From IMG/VR virus record IMGVR_UViG_3300023174_000047, positions 96,001 to 160,000 of that record: a DNA stretch of 64,000 bases; one strand, written 5' to 3'. Of the stretch, positions 1 to 9,761 are shown piece after piece (position 1 is the stretch's first letter; each line of letters begins with the position of its first letter). This stretch comes from a virus. Taxonomy: Duplodnaviria > Caudoviricetes. The notes beneath the pieces are model-generated. The model was not told the origin of the DNA and made no database searches. It saw only the letters and a program-made list of their open reading frames with translations. Made by a program: the position numbers and the translations under genes.

Positions 1-1
1 A

Positions 2-424
2 GCAATGCACGGCCCTTCAAAATTTGACATAGTTGGACTAGCTGGAACTCGAGAACCAAAAATTACACACCCTGCATTATGGCATCTCATGGCAAGCAGG
101 GAACATCACCGTGGATATGCTGGTCACATATTTGGTGACAAGAAAGTTATGACTGGATTTGGTGCAACACCAGATCGAGTTGCCATTGTAGATGGTCTGT
201 TTGTTGCAGTTAATGTATCGCGCGCCATTGAAACAGGGTGGAAGTGGAATGAAAACTTTGAATTTCATCATTATGATATCGCAAGTTGCATTGATGCCAA
301 TGCCAAAGGAATGAGAATTGGAGTATGGCCCATCAATGTTTTTCATGCATCACCTGGTCTCAAAAGCTTGGATGATGTGACATGGAGCAATAGTAATAAA
401 AAATTCCTTGAATTGTATTCGTAG
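2..424 (+). CDS. Glycosyltransferase family 2-like protein, C-terminal part (5' end probably outside the window)
   Basis: The frame is open from the window edge. FHHYDIASCIDAN...V.P..VFHASPG resembles the C-terminal motif of GT2-like enzymes. Confidence 0.55.
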   Translation, partial: AMHGPSKFDIVGLAGTREPKITHPALWHLMASREHHRGYAGHIFGDKKVMTGFGATPDRVAIVDGLFVAVNVSRAIETGWKWNENFEFHHYDIASCIDANAKGMRIGVWPINVFHASPGLKSLDDVTWSNSNKKFLELYS

Positions 425-447
425 GGTAGTATGTTATTTTAATAGAT

Positions 448-1770
448 ATGAATTTAGATCTTGACTGGATGGAAAAGGTAGTGACATACAAGTCACTTGT
501 TGACGAAGAGTATCTACTCACTATCATTGATCATGTAAAACCGGAATACTTTAATGATAAAAATTTACACATGGTATTTGACATCATCTGTAGCTTTTAT
601 AACAAACGCAGGTGTTTGCCAACAACCACAGAAATTAAAGCATATCTTGATTCAGATGAAAAAAGGCAGAGTTTTAAAACTGCACTTGGCGCAATTGCTT
701 CAATAGATAAATCTCTTAATAAAGATGAGCTGTATGATAATACAGAGCGATTTTTAAAAGAGAGAGGCATTTATCAGACCATGATGACTGTGGCTAAAGA
801 TGTAGGGAATGGCAACATTGATACCAGCAAAATTTTAGACCAGTTTGAAAAAACCTGCACTGTAACTCTTGTGCACGACATTGGTTTGGATTTATTGAAC
901 GATTTTCATCGCGTCGTTGATGACTTAAAAAGAACCGATCCAACTATCTCGACTGGATACAAATGGCTTGATGAAAAACTTAATGGTGGTTTTATGCAAG
1001 ATGGTAGAGCAATGTATGTCTTTGCAGGTGAAACCAACATCGGAAAAAGTATTATTCTTGGCAACTGTGCAGTTAATATAGCAAGACAAAGAAAAAATGT
1101 ACTCGTTATTTCGCTTGAAATGTCAGAGATGGTTTATGCCAAGAGGCTCACTGCACAAATTGCAAAAACATCGACCAGTAAATTAGCAGATGATATTGAA
1201 GTTATATCTGCCAAAATAGAAAATTTCAAAGATTCAACTGGTGGCAGAATTATCATCAAAGAATTTCCTCCAAGTTGTATGACTCCACGAGACATACAAG
1301 GCTACATCACAAAAATTAATAAAAAAGGTGTTAAAATTGATGCAATTATCATTGATTATATTAATTTGCTAACAACAACACGTGGCAAAGATTCCTATGA
1401 ACGCATCAAATACATCAGTGAAGAAACACGTGCACTAACTTACATTTTTAAATGTCCTTTAATCACGGTAACCCAACTGAATCGAACTGGATATTCTGTA
1501 AGTGAGCCTGGTTTAACATCTTTGAGTGAGAGTTATGCACTTGGTGCAACCGCAGATTTCATTGCAAGTGCATGGCAGGGTGAAGGGGATAATGAAGCTG
1601 GCATTTTAAGAACGTCTATTCTTAAGAGTAGATTTGGTAGAAATCTCGGCACCAATGCTTTTAAAATTGACTACTCCACGCTCACTATTTCAGAAGATGT
1701 ATCAATCAACAACATGACACAAGATTCAGAAGATGTAGCACGAGCATTGAACTTTTTGAATGAAAGTTGA
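448..1770 (+). CDS. 41: Replicative DNA helicase, T4 gp41/DnaB-like
   Basis: Walker A AGETNIGKS, SLEMSE, Walker B IIIDYINLL, QLNR, and LKSRFG. Confidence 0.92.
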   Translation: MNLDLDWMEKVVTYKSLVDEEYLLTIIDHVKPEYFNDKNLHMVFDIICSFYNKRRCLPTTTEIKAYLDSDEKRQSFKTALGAIASIDKSLNKDELYDNTERFLKERGIYQTMMTVAKDVGNGNIDTSKILDQFEKTCTVTLVHDIGLDLLNDFHRVVDDLKRTDPTISTGYKWLDEKLNGGFMQDGRAMYVFAGETNIGKSIILGNCAVNIARQRKNVLVISLEMSEMVYAKRLTAQIAKTSTSKLADDIEVISAKIENFKDSTGGRIIIKEFPPSCMTPRDIQGYITKINKKGVKIDAIIIDYINLLTTTRGKDSYERIKYISEETRALTYIFKCPLITVTQLNRTGYSVSEPGLTSLSESYALGATADFIASAWQGEGDNEAGILRTSILKSRFGRNLGTNAFKIDYSTLTISEDVSINNMTQDSEDVARALNFLNES

Positions 1771-1799
1771 TTAATTTGTACAGAGATTAAATAGATATA

Positions 1800-2702
1800 A
1801 TGTCAAGCAAAAAAATAGCTGTTTGGTCTGATGTGGATTTGGATGGCGCAATGTGTCAAATAATACACACATGGATGCACGGCGAAACAAACATTGAGAA
1901 ATACACCTGCAATGCCGCAAGACTGAGAGAAGAATTACTCAAATGGCTAAACACGCACAAGTTTTCTGATTACAAGCAAGTTGTCTTTGCTGATTTAGAT
2001 ACCAGCAGCATTGCTGATCTAATTGACCTTGACAATGTAGTTATTTATGATCATCATGAATCACATAAGACGCAGGCCGCTTCGTATATCAAGGCAAGAG
2101 TACATGTGTATGATTGCAAATCTGCCGCTGAAATTATTTTTAAAGAAAACAAAAATATTTTAATCAGCCAAAAAGCAATAACACCAGAGAGAACGAAGCT
2201 TTTATTATTAGTAAGTGACTACGACAGCTATACCCTGCAATTAAAAGAATCAAAAAATTTAAGCATCATATTCTGGAGCTATACAGGCAACAGAATAGAA
2301 CAATTTTGCAAAGAATTTATTAATGGTTTTAGCGGATTTACACAATTGCAGCAAAATGCTATTGTATTCTATTATAAAAAGCTTAAAGAAATTACAGATG
2401 ACCTGCATTTATTCACAGGCACAATCAGAGATAACAAAGTTATAAGTTGCTTCTGTAGTGCAGCACATAATGATGTAGCACATTATATCATTAATACATA
2501 CAAGGCAAACATTGCCATCTTAGTTAACCCAAAAACTAAAACAGTATCATTTAGAAAAAGCAAGGATTGCAAAGTTAATTTATCTGTTCTTGCAGATACG
2601 CTATGCGGCGAAGGGGCAGGCGGACACGATGCTGCTGCTGGTGGTAAAATTACAGAAAAATTTTTATTATTTACAAAGACCTTATCTCCCCATGAATCTT
2701 GA
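1800..2702 (+). CDS. DHH/DHHA1-family phosphoesterase
   Basis: Motifs SDVDLDG, DLD, YDHHESH and the DHHA1 motif GAGGHDAAAGG. Confidence 0.88.
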   Translation: MSSKKIAVWSDVDLDGAMCQIIHTWMHGETNIEKYTCNAARLREELLKWLNTHKFSDYKQVVFADLDTSSIADLIDLDNVVIYDHHESHKTQAASYIKARVHVYDCKSAAEIIFKENKNILISQKAITPERTKLLLLVSDYDSYTLQLKESKNLSIIFWSYTGNRIEQFCKEFINGFSGFTQLQQNAIVFYYKKLKEITDDLHLFTGTIRDNKVISCFCSAAHNDVAHYIINTYKANIAILVNPKTKTVSFRKSKDCKVNLSVLADTLCGEGAGGHDAAAGGKITEKFLLFTKTLSPHES

Positions 2703-2958
2703 AAGTGAGTTTGAACAGGAGTATAGCATGCTCTCTTTTTGTAGTTTTATTACCATCATGCATGGTAAAAAATTAAATATTCCCAATATTTTTTTACTGC
2801 TACTTAAAAATAAAAAATATAGAGATTTGTTTAAAAGTATGCTTGACTTAGAGTGTGACTATCAGATATTTAAGATGTTCGTTGATTACGATCCTATGCT
2901 GTATAAAAGCAAGTATATCTCCAAATATCTCAATAAAAATGCAAATGCACTTAAGTGA
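2692..2958 (+). CDS. Hypothetical protein
   Basis: Start moved to ATG 2692 (MNLESE), which overlaps the DHH stop; fills the gap in the operon. Confidence 0.65.
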   Translation: MNLESEFEQEYSMLSFCSFITIMHGKKLNIPNIFLLLLKNKKYRDLFKSMLDLECDYQIFKMFVDYDPMLYKSKYISKYLNKNANALK

Positions 2959-3595
2959 TTTCGATAAGCATATATATAATGAATATCTAAAAGCGCAGCG
3001 TAAAGGCAAGCCATATACACTGCGCAAAAACTTTGATAATATAGACGATGAAACACAAGTATGCTTAAAGCAGCTGTCTGAGTTTTTTGCATCTTTTCCA
3101 GACATACGCATTAATGACTTTTTTAATGCAGGGTTTAAAGATACGGACTTTCAATCAATAACATTTTTTAAGAGCATGCGAGCTATAAAAATGTACCATG
3201 CATACATTGGTAATAAGCTCAACAGGGCAGATGATGACTGGGTGATTGATTTTATCAAATCATCACTGTTATATGTTCATAAATTTTGCAAACAAAATAA
3301 TTTAGCAGTTGATCAATACCTTGATGCAGAGTCACCTGCAGGTGTCCCATGGTTTGCTATTCATTTAAAAAACTTCAATGTATGCATATATTTATTACTT
3401 GCATTTTCTGACTTTGATAATAAAATAATGAAGCATAGCGATGCCATGGTAATGATTTTAGGAGATGAATTTTTTAAGGACATTACCCGCCACAGAACTA
3501 TGTTTGTCACTTCCAATAAATGCAAACAACTTGCACGTAATGGTCTTGATATTCTCAAACAACAAATAAAATACCCAACCACACAGACAAACTAA
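2939..3595 (+). CDS. Hypothetical protein, possibly a gp59-like helicase loader
   Basis: About 218 aa, directly upstream of gp32 as gene 59 is in T4; the assignment is positional only. Confidence 0.4.
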   Translation: MQMHLSDFDKHIYNEYLKAQRKGKPYTLRKNFDNIDDETQVCLKQLSEFFASFPDIRINDFFNAGFKDTDFQSITFFKSMRAIKMYHAYIGNKLNRADDDWVIDFIKSSLLYVHKFCKQNNLAVDQYLDAESPAGVPWFAIHLKNFNVCIYLLLAFSDFDNKIMKHSDAMVMILGDEFFKDITRHRTMFVTSNKCKQLARNGLDILKQQIKYPTTQTN

Positions 3596-3602
3596 AATAA
3601 CT

Positions 3603-4469
3603 ATGAAATACAATACATCCATGTTCGATAGCATTAGAGATGCTATTAATAAGCAACAAAAACAAAATACCGGCACAAGAGATATTATTTCTTTTGAAAA
3701 GGGCAATACGTACGTAATTCGTTTGCTTCCTTTTATTCAAGATCCTGATAAGACTTGGTTCAAATATTCCACCTTTGGATGGAATAGCTTTGCTACAGGA
3801 GCATACACAAGCATTATTTCACCCACTAGCTGGAATGAACGTGATCCAGTAGCAGAGGAACGCATACGCGTTTACCGTAATGGTACTGAAACAGAAAAGG
3901 AAAAGATCAAGAACATTCGCAGAAGTGATCGCTGGATCATGAATGTATATGTGGTATCAGATCCGACAAATCCTGAGAACAATGGCAAGGTCAAGATTAT
4001 TCGTTTTGGCAAGCAGCTCTACAACATTATCAACAATGCAATTAGCGGTGAAGATGCAGACGAGTTTGGTGCAAAAGTATTTGATCTTTCTTCCGCAGGT
4101 GTCAATCTCAAAGTCAAGGTTGAAGATCAAGGTGGTTATGCAAATTATACTGCAAGCCGCTTCACAAGCCCCATTGATTTGAAGCTATCCGAGAATCAGA
4201 TTGAAGAGATCTATAACTCAACTAAAGAGCTTGACAAGGTATTCAATGTCCGGTCATATGATGATATCAAGAAAATTCTCGAAGAACATTACTACTGCTC
4301 ACCTGCTACACCTGCTGCACCATTAGCAAGAGCAGCAGTTGCATCTGAACAAAGCGCACATGCAAAGCAGTTCGGTGAATCCACTGATGCAGTGGGAGTC
4401 GAGTCCATTGATGATGATGAAGATGATGATGAAAAAATGCGCAAACTGATTGAAGAACTCTCTGCATAA
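3603..4469 (+). CDS. 32: Single-stranded DNA-binding protein, T4 gp32-like
   Basis: GNTYVIRLLP, NVYVVSDPTNPENNGKVKIIRFGKQLY, and an acidic C-terminal tail. Confidence 0.9.
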   Translation: MKYNTSMFDSIRDAINKQQKQNTGTRDIISFEKGNTYVIRLLPFIQDPDKTWFKYSTFGWNSFATGAYTSIISPTSWNERDPVAEERIRVYRNGTETEKEKIKNIRRSDRWIMNVYVVSDPTNPENNGKVKIIRFGKQLYNIINNAISGEDADEFGAKVFDLSSAGVNLKVKVEDQGGYANYTASRFTSPIDLKLSENQIEEIYNSTKELDKVFNVRSYDDIKKILEEHYYCSPATPAAPLARAAVASEQSAHAKQFGESTDAVGVESIDDDEDDDEKMRKLIEELSA

Positions 4470-4472
4470 ATT

Positions 4473-5060
4473 ATGAATGAAAAAAACGCCATCCTAAACT
4501 TCATAGGCCAAATGTATGGTCAGATGAAAGAAATTGACACTAACATTGCTTCAGTAGGTAGTAGTGCAAAGTTTGGCGGTCGTAGCGCAGAGCTCGAAAA
4601 AACATTCAAACAGTTAGCAACATCTCCGTTGGAGGCCGCTTATGTGCCTCCAACGGAGATGTCTCCCGTTGAGACAATGCCCATGCAGATGCAACCACAA
4701 ATGCAGCCTGCTGTACAACAGCTACCGCTCTATCAGCCACCACAAACTGATCAGCTTGAATTTACGTTTAAAGATGATGCAAATAGCATACTCAAAGACA
4801 TTTATAATGTTTTGTTTGATATTCGCAAACTGCTAACTGAGCACACAAAAGCAATTAAAACTATAGAGACAGCACCTGCAGTCAAGAAGCCAAAAAAAAT
4901 AACATTTGCAGACTGTAGTTTGTGTGGCGGTAAACCTAAAGGTGAGCAAACACAAGATACATTGTATCAATACACATGTCAAACATGTGGAAATGTTTCC
5001 AAAGGTGTCAATGAAACACAGGCAAAAGTAGCCTGGAATACTGAAAATGTGCAGGTATAG
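4473..5060 (+). CDS. Protein with a Gln/Pro-rich linker and a C-terminal Lar-like zinc ribbon
   Basis: CSLCGG...CQTCG...AKVAWN pattern at the C-terminus. Confidence 0.5.
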   Translation: MNEKNAILNFIGQMYGQMKEIDTNIASVGSSAKFGGRSAELEKTFKQLATSPLEAAYVPPTEMSPVETMPMQMQPQMQPAVQQLPLYQPPQTDQLEFTFKDDANSILKDIYNVLFDIRKLLTEHTKAIKTIETAPAVKKPKKITFADCSLCGGKPKGEQTQDTLYQYTCQTCGNVSKGVNETQAKVAWNTENVQV

Positions 5061-5066
5061 TTATAC

Positions 5067-5783
5067 ATGAATTCAATTTATTTGGATAAAAAAGAATTTG
5101 GTGCATACATAAAAAGCTTAGTTAAAATCAACGATGCTGCTATTTTTGCCATCAATCAAAATACACTGACATGTCTCACAGGTTCACCAGATAATGTCAC
5201 CATTGCATATGGTACATTTGAAATTGAATCAAAATATGATGGCTTCCTGAATATTCCGAGCTTGATGAAGCTTAGCAAGGCTGTAGATCAAATTAGTGAA
5301 GATACACCAGGGTTTGCAATAAATGCAAACAATCTTGAATATAAATCACCTGCATTACGATTTAAATATCACTTGCTTGATAATGGTATTATTAATCAAC
5401 CAGCCATCAACATTAAAAAAATTAGTGAATTTAATTTTAACATTATATTCAAGCCTACTGCTGCAAAATTGATTGACTTGACTAAGTTTAGCGCATTTAG
5501 TACAGACAGTAACAAAGTATATCTATCATGTGATGGTGATACAGTATTTGCAGATCTAACAGATCGATCAAGATCAAATGTTGATAGCATTCAATTTGAG
5601 TTTGCAAAATGCTCTGTGCCCTTTGATGCCGTACCACTTAATCTTGATTTCTTTAGAAGCATCAATTTTAATAGTGAAAGCACAATCAATATTAACATCA
5701 ATACATCTCTCGGTGTAATCGCTATTGATATTATAAACAAGAGACATAAATTAAAGTATATCACATCTTCCTTTACTTCATGA
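5067..5783 (+). CDS. 45: Sliding clamp, T4 gp45-like
   Basis: 238 aa beta-rich protein with two-domain length; LNIPSLMKL, FKYHLLD and KYITS resemble gp45; replication context. Confidence 0.72.
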   Translation: MNSIYLDKKEFGAYIKSLVKINDAAIFAINQNTLTCLTGSPDNVTIAYGTFEIESKYDGFLNIPSLMKLSKAVDQISEDTPGFAINANNLEYKSPALRFKYHLLDNGIINQPAINIKKISEFNFNIIFKPTAAKLIDLTKFSAFSTDSNKVYLSCDGDTVFADLTDRSRSNVDSIQFEFAKCSVPFDAVPLNLDFFRSINFNSESTINININTSLGVIAIDIINKRHKLKYITSSFTS

Positions 5784-6124
5784 AGAAACAACACAATAAA
5801 ATAAACACTCTTGGATATTTTGTCAAGCGACTCAAGGATAATAAATTTATAACCTATCGCATCTTCAATGAATATGCAGCAACTGACACACGCCGCTGGA
5901 CCATTCTCGTAGAGCCAGGTATCCATAGTGTATACATCACATGCTATCAAAACAAAGAATTTGCTAATGATATTATGTATGAATTTAATGATGGTGGTGT
6001 TTTATTTCCGAAAAATTATAGCATCAAAACTGATTCCATTGAAATAATTATTACACATCTTATTAGCAGGGGTGTGGTGCCCAGTGCAAAAACTTCTGTG
6101 TATGAAAAAACGACAAAACAGTAA
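5780..6124 (+). CDS. Hypothetical protein
   Basis: ATGA overlap with the clamp stop; ordinary codon usage. Confidence 0.7.
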   Translation: MKKQHNKINTLGYFVKRLKDNKFITYRIFNEYAATDTRRWTILVEPGIHSVYITCYQNKEFANDIMYEFNDGGVLFPKNYSIKTDSIEIIITHLISRGVVPSAKTSVYEKTTKQ

Positions 6125-6473
6125 ATCTGCAGGCCTTTCCGGTGCCGCTGTTTCTGCGAGCACCAAAACAAAAAATACTGCTAAAGAAAAACTAACACCT
6201 GATGAGCGACAGGTGTTGAATACTTTAATTCATGAAGCTCTCATGCAGCAAGCAGCTCATGGCAAAGAAAAAATGTACAAGGAAGAATGTGCCCAGGCAG
6301 TCATTGCTACTTTGAGTGAATTTCTTGCCAGCTATATGCTCATTGGTTATGATTTTGAAGGAACACCCATTAGAATTATATTTGCAAAAACAGGCATGGA
6401 AGCTGATGCACTTGCGCATGCAGTACAAAATTACATTATGATGTCACATTTTAACAATGACAACGATCTTTAA
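6102..6473 (+). CDS. Hypothetical protein
   Basis: Start moved to ATG 6102 (MKKRQ); lies within the operon. Confidence 0.65.
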   Translation: MKKRQNSKSAGLSGAAVSASTKTKNTAKEKLTPDERQVLNTLIHEALMQQAAHGKEKMYKEECAQAVIATLSEFLASYMLIGYDFEGTPIRIIFAKTGMEADALAHAVQNYIMMSHFNNDNDL

Positions 6474-6735
6474 CAATCTGTTTAAGCATAAACATCATAG
6501 AAAAATTTTTGCTGTAACCAAGGGGACGTACTTGGGTGAAATGCTGGTGTTTATAAAAGAGGAGAGAGATAGCCTTTGCTTTCTCTCTCTTCCTACGTGC
6601 ACCAACAGGAAAATTTTAAAAGAAAAATTTGATTTCGGTATAGAAAATGGTATTCTTGACTTTGTTCAAACATCTCCTGCAGATGTATATAAAGTAACCA
6701 TCAAACAATACGAAAAAAATGAATTTAATCATTGA
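6457..6735 (+). CDS. Hypothetical protein
   Basis: Overlaps both neighbours within the operon. Confidence 0.65.
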   Translation: MTTIFNNLFKHKHHRKIFAVTKGTYLGEMLVFIKEERDSLCFLSLPTCTNRKILKEKFDFGIENGILDFVQTSPADVYKVTIKQYEKNEFNH

Positions 6736-7591
6736 CGCAAGCAACATCATTCATCGATCATTTTGGATAGCAAATAAAACAGGTGGAGATGAGCAAGAGG
6801 TTGGTAGTCTGCAGGCATATATTTTTTTACGCACACTCAAGAGTTATTTTGACAAGTTCAAGCCAGACAATGTATATTGTGTTTGGGATAAAAAACTGGA
6901 ACCAGAGACACTATGCTTCCGCAAAGTTGTTGCTGCTGAAACATATAAAACCAACCGAGACGCAGAGAGAACAGAAAAGGTGTATCAACATTATAGTGTC
7001 ATTGAAGAGTATATTGATGCTCTGGGGTGCTACAATGTTTTCCCCTTTGCAATGGAGGGCGACGATGTTATTGCATATCTTACCCGTCGACTTGAAGCTC
7101 CCATGATTATCGTTAGTGCAGACAAAGACCTGCTGCAGCTAGTCAACAACAAAGTGTCTTTTTATGATGTAAATAAGAAATGCATCATAAACATGGATAA
7201 CTTTAAGAACTATACAGAAGTTTTGCCTGAGGACTTTGTTCAATACAAATGCTTAATTGGTGACCCTGCAGACAACATTGCACGCATTGCCGCACCTGCA
7301 AAAGCTAAGAAAATTCTGCTAAAAACTGTTGTTCTTAATGAGGAGCAGAAATTGCAGCTTGAGCAGAATTTTATTTTAACCGATCTCCACAATTCTTATG
7401 ATCGGCAGCAAGGTGAATTAGATAAAATGAATGCGCAGTTTGACAACCTAAAAACCGCAGGCACATTCAAAAAGTTTTTGGAGCTATGCAAAAAGCATCA
7501 AATGAACAACATCATTGATAAGCAGCAAGAATGGCTGCAGACATTTTACACACACAAAAGCCTACATAACATTGTAAATATGTTCAAGTAA
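6719..7591 (+). CDS. rnh: 5'-3' exonuclease / T4 RNase H-like flap nuclease
   Basis: IIDASN, EGDDVIA, SADKDLLQL and GDPADNI motifs. Confidence 0.9.
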   Translation: MNLIIDASNIIHRSFWIANKTGGDEQEVGSLQAYIFLRTLKSYFDKFKPDNVYCVWDKKLEPETLCFRKVVAAETYKTNRDAERTEKVYQHYSVIEEYIDALGCYNVFPFAMEGDDVIAYLTRRLEAPMIIVSADKDLLQLVNNKVSFYDVNKKCIINMDNFKNYTEVLPEDFVQYKCLIGDPADNIARIAAPAKAKKILLKTVVLNEEQKLQLEQNFILTDLHNSYDRQQGELDKMNAQFDNLKTAGTFKKFLELCKKHQMNNIIDKQQEWLQTFYTHKSLHNIVNMFK

Positions 7592-7608
7592 GCATAAATA
7601 CAATACAT

Positions 7609-7794
7609 ATGAACTATATACGCCCCATCATGATGGTATCACCAACTGGATCAATGGTAGCTCCGAGAATTGTGGAGCACCGCACTGGTGATAAAATCCA
7701 TGTTGAAGCACATTGGTATGATCCCAACAATGGTGTATTCTTTCACAGAGGCACCGTTGAGATTAAAGATGTTGATTCAGTTGATAAGAAGTAA
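7609..7794 (+). CDS. Small hypothetical protein
   Basis: 61 aa ORF filling the gap; TAAATA at 7595-7600 upstream. Confidence 0.6.
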   Translation: MNYIRPIMMVSPTGSMVAPRIVEHRTGDKIHVEAHWYDPNNGVFFHRGTVEIKDVDSVDKK

Positions 7795-7809
7795 CAGACA
7801 ATCTATATT
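7781..7809 (+). promoter_or_regulatory. Sigma70-like promoter for primase
   Basis: TTGATA(7781)-17 nt-TATATT(7804), then 5 nt to the ATG. Confidence 0.55.
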
Positions 7810-7814
7810 CAGGA

Positions 7815-8861
7815 ATGCAGTTACCTGAAGCATATGTTATAAGTAAATTTTACCAATTTGCAGGTGCACCTAAATACAATAGGTTTACTAAGACATATCA
7901 AGCTTCCTGCCCTGTTTGCAGAGAAGGCAAAAGCTGGCTTAAAAAGCGCAGGCTATATTATATCCCAGATCGCAACAATGTGTTCTGCCACAACTGCGGA
8001 TGGAATAGCAGCGCTTATAAATGGATCAAAGAAGTAACTGGACTACCATACAATGAGATTATGCTTGATAGTCTCAATTATGAAACATTTGACTGCAATA
8101 CCGCAGTTGCTGCCATAAGTGGATTCATTGAAACACCAACACTACCTGGAGATTGCATCAACTTGTTTGATGAAATGCAGATCAACTTTTACAGAAATAA
8201 TGATGTGGTGAGTAAAGCTGTTGAATACATCAAGCATCGCCGCTTGGATGTCGCTGTAAATAGACCAGACTCCTTGTATCTATGCATAGACAGAGATCAA
8301 ACAACGGGACATCATCATCGCATAGTAATTCCTTTTGTTGATATGATCAACAAAATTGTGTTTTATCAGTCACGCAGTTTTCTGCAAGATGTAAATGATG
8401 AATTGCCTAAATATCTATCTAAAACTGGTGGTGATAGAGCATTGTTTAACATCAATAAATTACAACCAAATTGTACAAATGCATTTGTATTTGAAGGCCC
8501 ACTAAACGCATTCTTTTGCAAAAACTCCATTGCAGTTGGCGGCATTCAGGAAAAGAGTATGATGCTCTTCTCCAACAAGCAGCAAGAACAGATTGATATG
8601 TATTGTAAGTTTTTTGACATCATCTGGGTTTTAGATTCGCAATGGATTGATAGGGCAAGTTTTTTCAAAACCCAGAAGCTTATTCAGATGAAGCAAAAGG
8701 TATTTATCTGGCCAAAAACCATTGGCACAAAATACAAAGACTTCAATGATGTGTGCATTGCACTCAACTTAAATGAAATAGCCCCTCAATTTATTCAAAA
8801 GAATACATTTGAAGGGCTACAGGCACAATTGATGATATCACAGATACCTCAACCAGTGTAA
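7815..8861 (+). CDS. 61: DNA primase, T4 gp61-like
   Basis: Zinc finger CPVC...CHNC, IVIPF, YQSR, TOPRIM-like FEGP, and KDFND. Confidence 0.9.
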   Translation: MQLPEAYVISKFYQFAGAPKYNRFTKTYQASCPVCREGKSWLKKRRLYYIPDRNNVFCHNCGWNSSAYKWIKEVTGLPYNEIMLDSLNYETFDCNTAVAAISGFIETPTLPGDCINLFDEMQINFYRNNDVVSKAVEYIKHRRLDVAVNRPDSLYLCIDRDQTTGHHHRIVIPFVDMINKIVFYQSRSFLQDVNDELPKYLSKTGGDRALFNINKLQPNCTNAFVFEGPLNAFFCKNSIAVGGIQEKSMMLFSNKQQEQIDMYCKFFDIIWVLDSQWIDRASFFKTQKLIQMKQKVFIWPKTIGTKYKDFNDVCIALNLNEIAPQFIQKNTFEGLQAQLMISQIPQPV

Positions 8862-9314
8862 CTACACAAAACGGTATTTAGGCGAATTGCTGGTAGCAAG
8901 ATATCCTTTGAACGTTTCTGCAAGAGCAGAAATTTCTTTAGCAACGCGAGCAATCTTCTTTGCTTCTGATGTGCGCATCTTATCAAAGATGGTGTCAGGC
9001 ACTGCTTGTTTGAGCTGCATCTGAATGGAGTTACCCTCTGTACCATTGAGATAATCTACCATTCCATCCAACTGCACAATCCAGCCTTGCAAATTTTTGA
9101 TCATTTTCGCCTCTTTTTGCGCAGCATGCTGCAACATTTGGCGATCTTCTGGACTAATATCTGCTCCTGTATCAGCTGTTTGTGCATCTTCATCACCAGC
9201 TGCAAAGTTAGTTTCTGTTTGTGTAGCATTATTTGCTGCCTGTGCCGGTGTTGGCATTCCTTCATCTTGCTCAAGGATCGTTGAAAAAACGTTGCTAAAA
9301 ATTTTATTTGACAT
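8862..9314 (-). CDS. Hypothetical late protein, possible internal head protein
   Basis: Start placed at 9314 by the TAAATA-5nt rule; N-terminus MSNKIFSNVFSTILE. Confidence 0.65.
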   Translation of the reverse strand: MSNKIFSNVFSTILEQDEGMPTPAQAANNATQTETNFAAGDEDAQTADTGADISPEDRQMLQHAAQKEAKMIKNLQGWIVQLDGMVDYLNGTEGNSIQMQLKQAVPDTIFDKMRTSEAKKIARVAKEISALAETFKGYLATSNSPKYRFV

Positions 9315-9348
9315 GCACATATTTATTGCTTTACATTAAATATTCACG

Positions 9349-9753
9349 ATGGATAATAACTTTATGAGCAATCAGCAGCGCAGTTTTGGACCAGGCGCTG
9401 CAAATACGACTGGGCAAGGCAAAGGTCGGTCTGGTAGTAGTGGAGAAGGCCAGATGGAGCCTTTGATGAAAGTTGCTCCAATTAATAGCCCAACTGCGCA
9501 AAACAAGCCAGTTGCAGAGCCATTGATACCTCACGAACTAAATCAAATGGTTCAGAAGATTGGTGCACTTGTATACTCGTTGGGAGGCATTGCCGAAGAT
9601 CTCAGACGTGCATTAGATAACCCTGCTCTCAAGGAACATCAAAAGCTCATAATTATTTCTGTAATTAGAGTTTTGAGACCATTAACCAAAAAAATCTTTA
9701 ATGCAGGGCTCAGACTTGGTGAAGCATTCTTGCCTTTTGAGAAAAGGAAATAA
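9349..9753 (+). CDS. Hypothetical late protein
   Basis: TAAATA at 9337-9342, 6 nt before the ATG. Confidence 0.65.
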   Translation: MDNNFMSNQQRSFGPGAANTTGQGKGRSGSSGEGQMEPLMKVAPINSPTAQNKPVAEPLIPHELNQMVQKIGALVYSLGGIAEDLRRALDNPALKEHQKLIIISVIRVLRPLTKKIFNAGLRLGEAFLPFEKRK

Positions 9754-9761
9754 ATTAATGC

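Noticed and set aside
3603-4469. gp32 lacks the T4 zinc-binding Cys/His residues
   Set aside because: Zinc-free gp32 homologues are common outside the T-even phages, so this is unremarkable.
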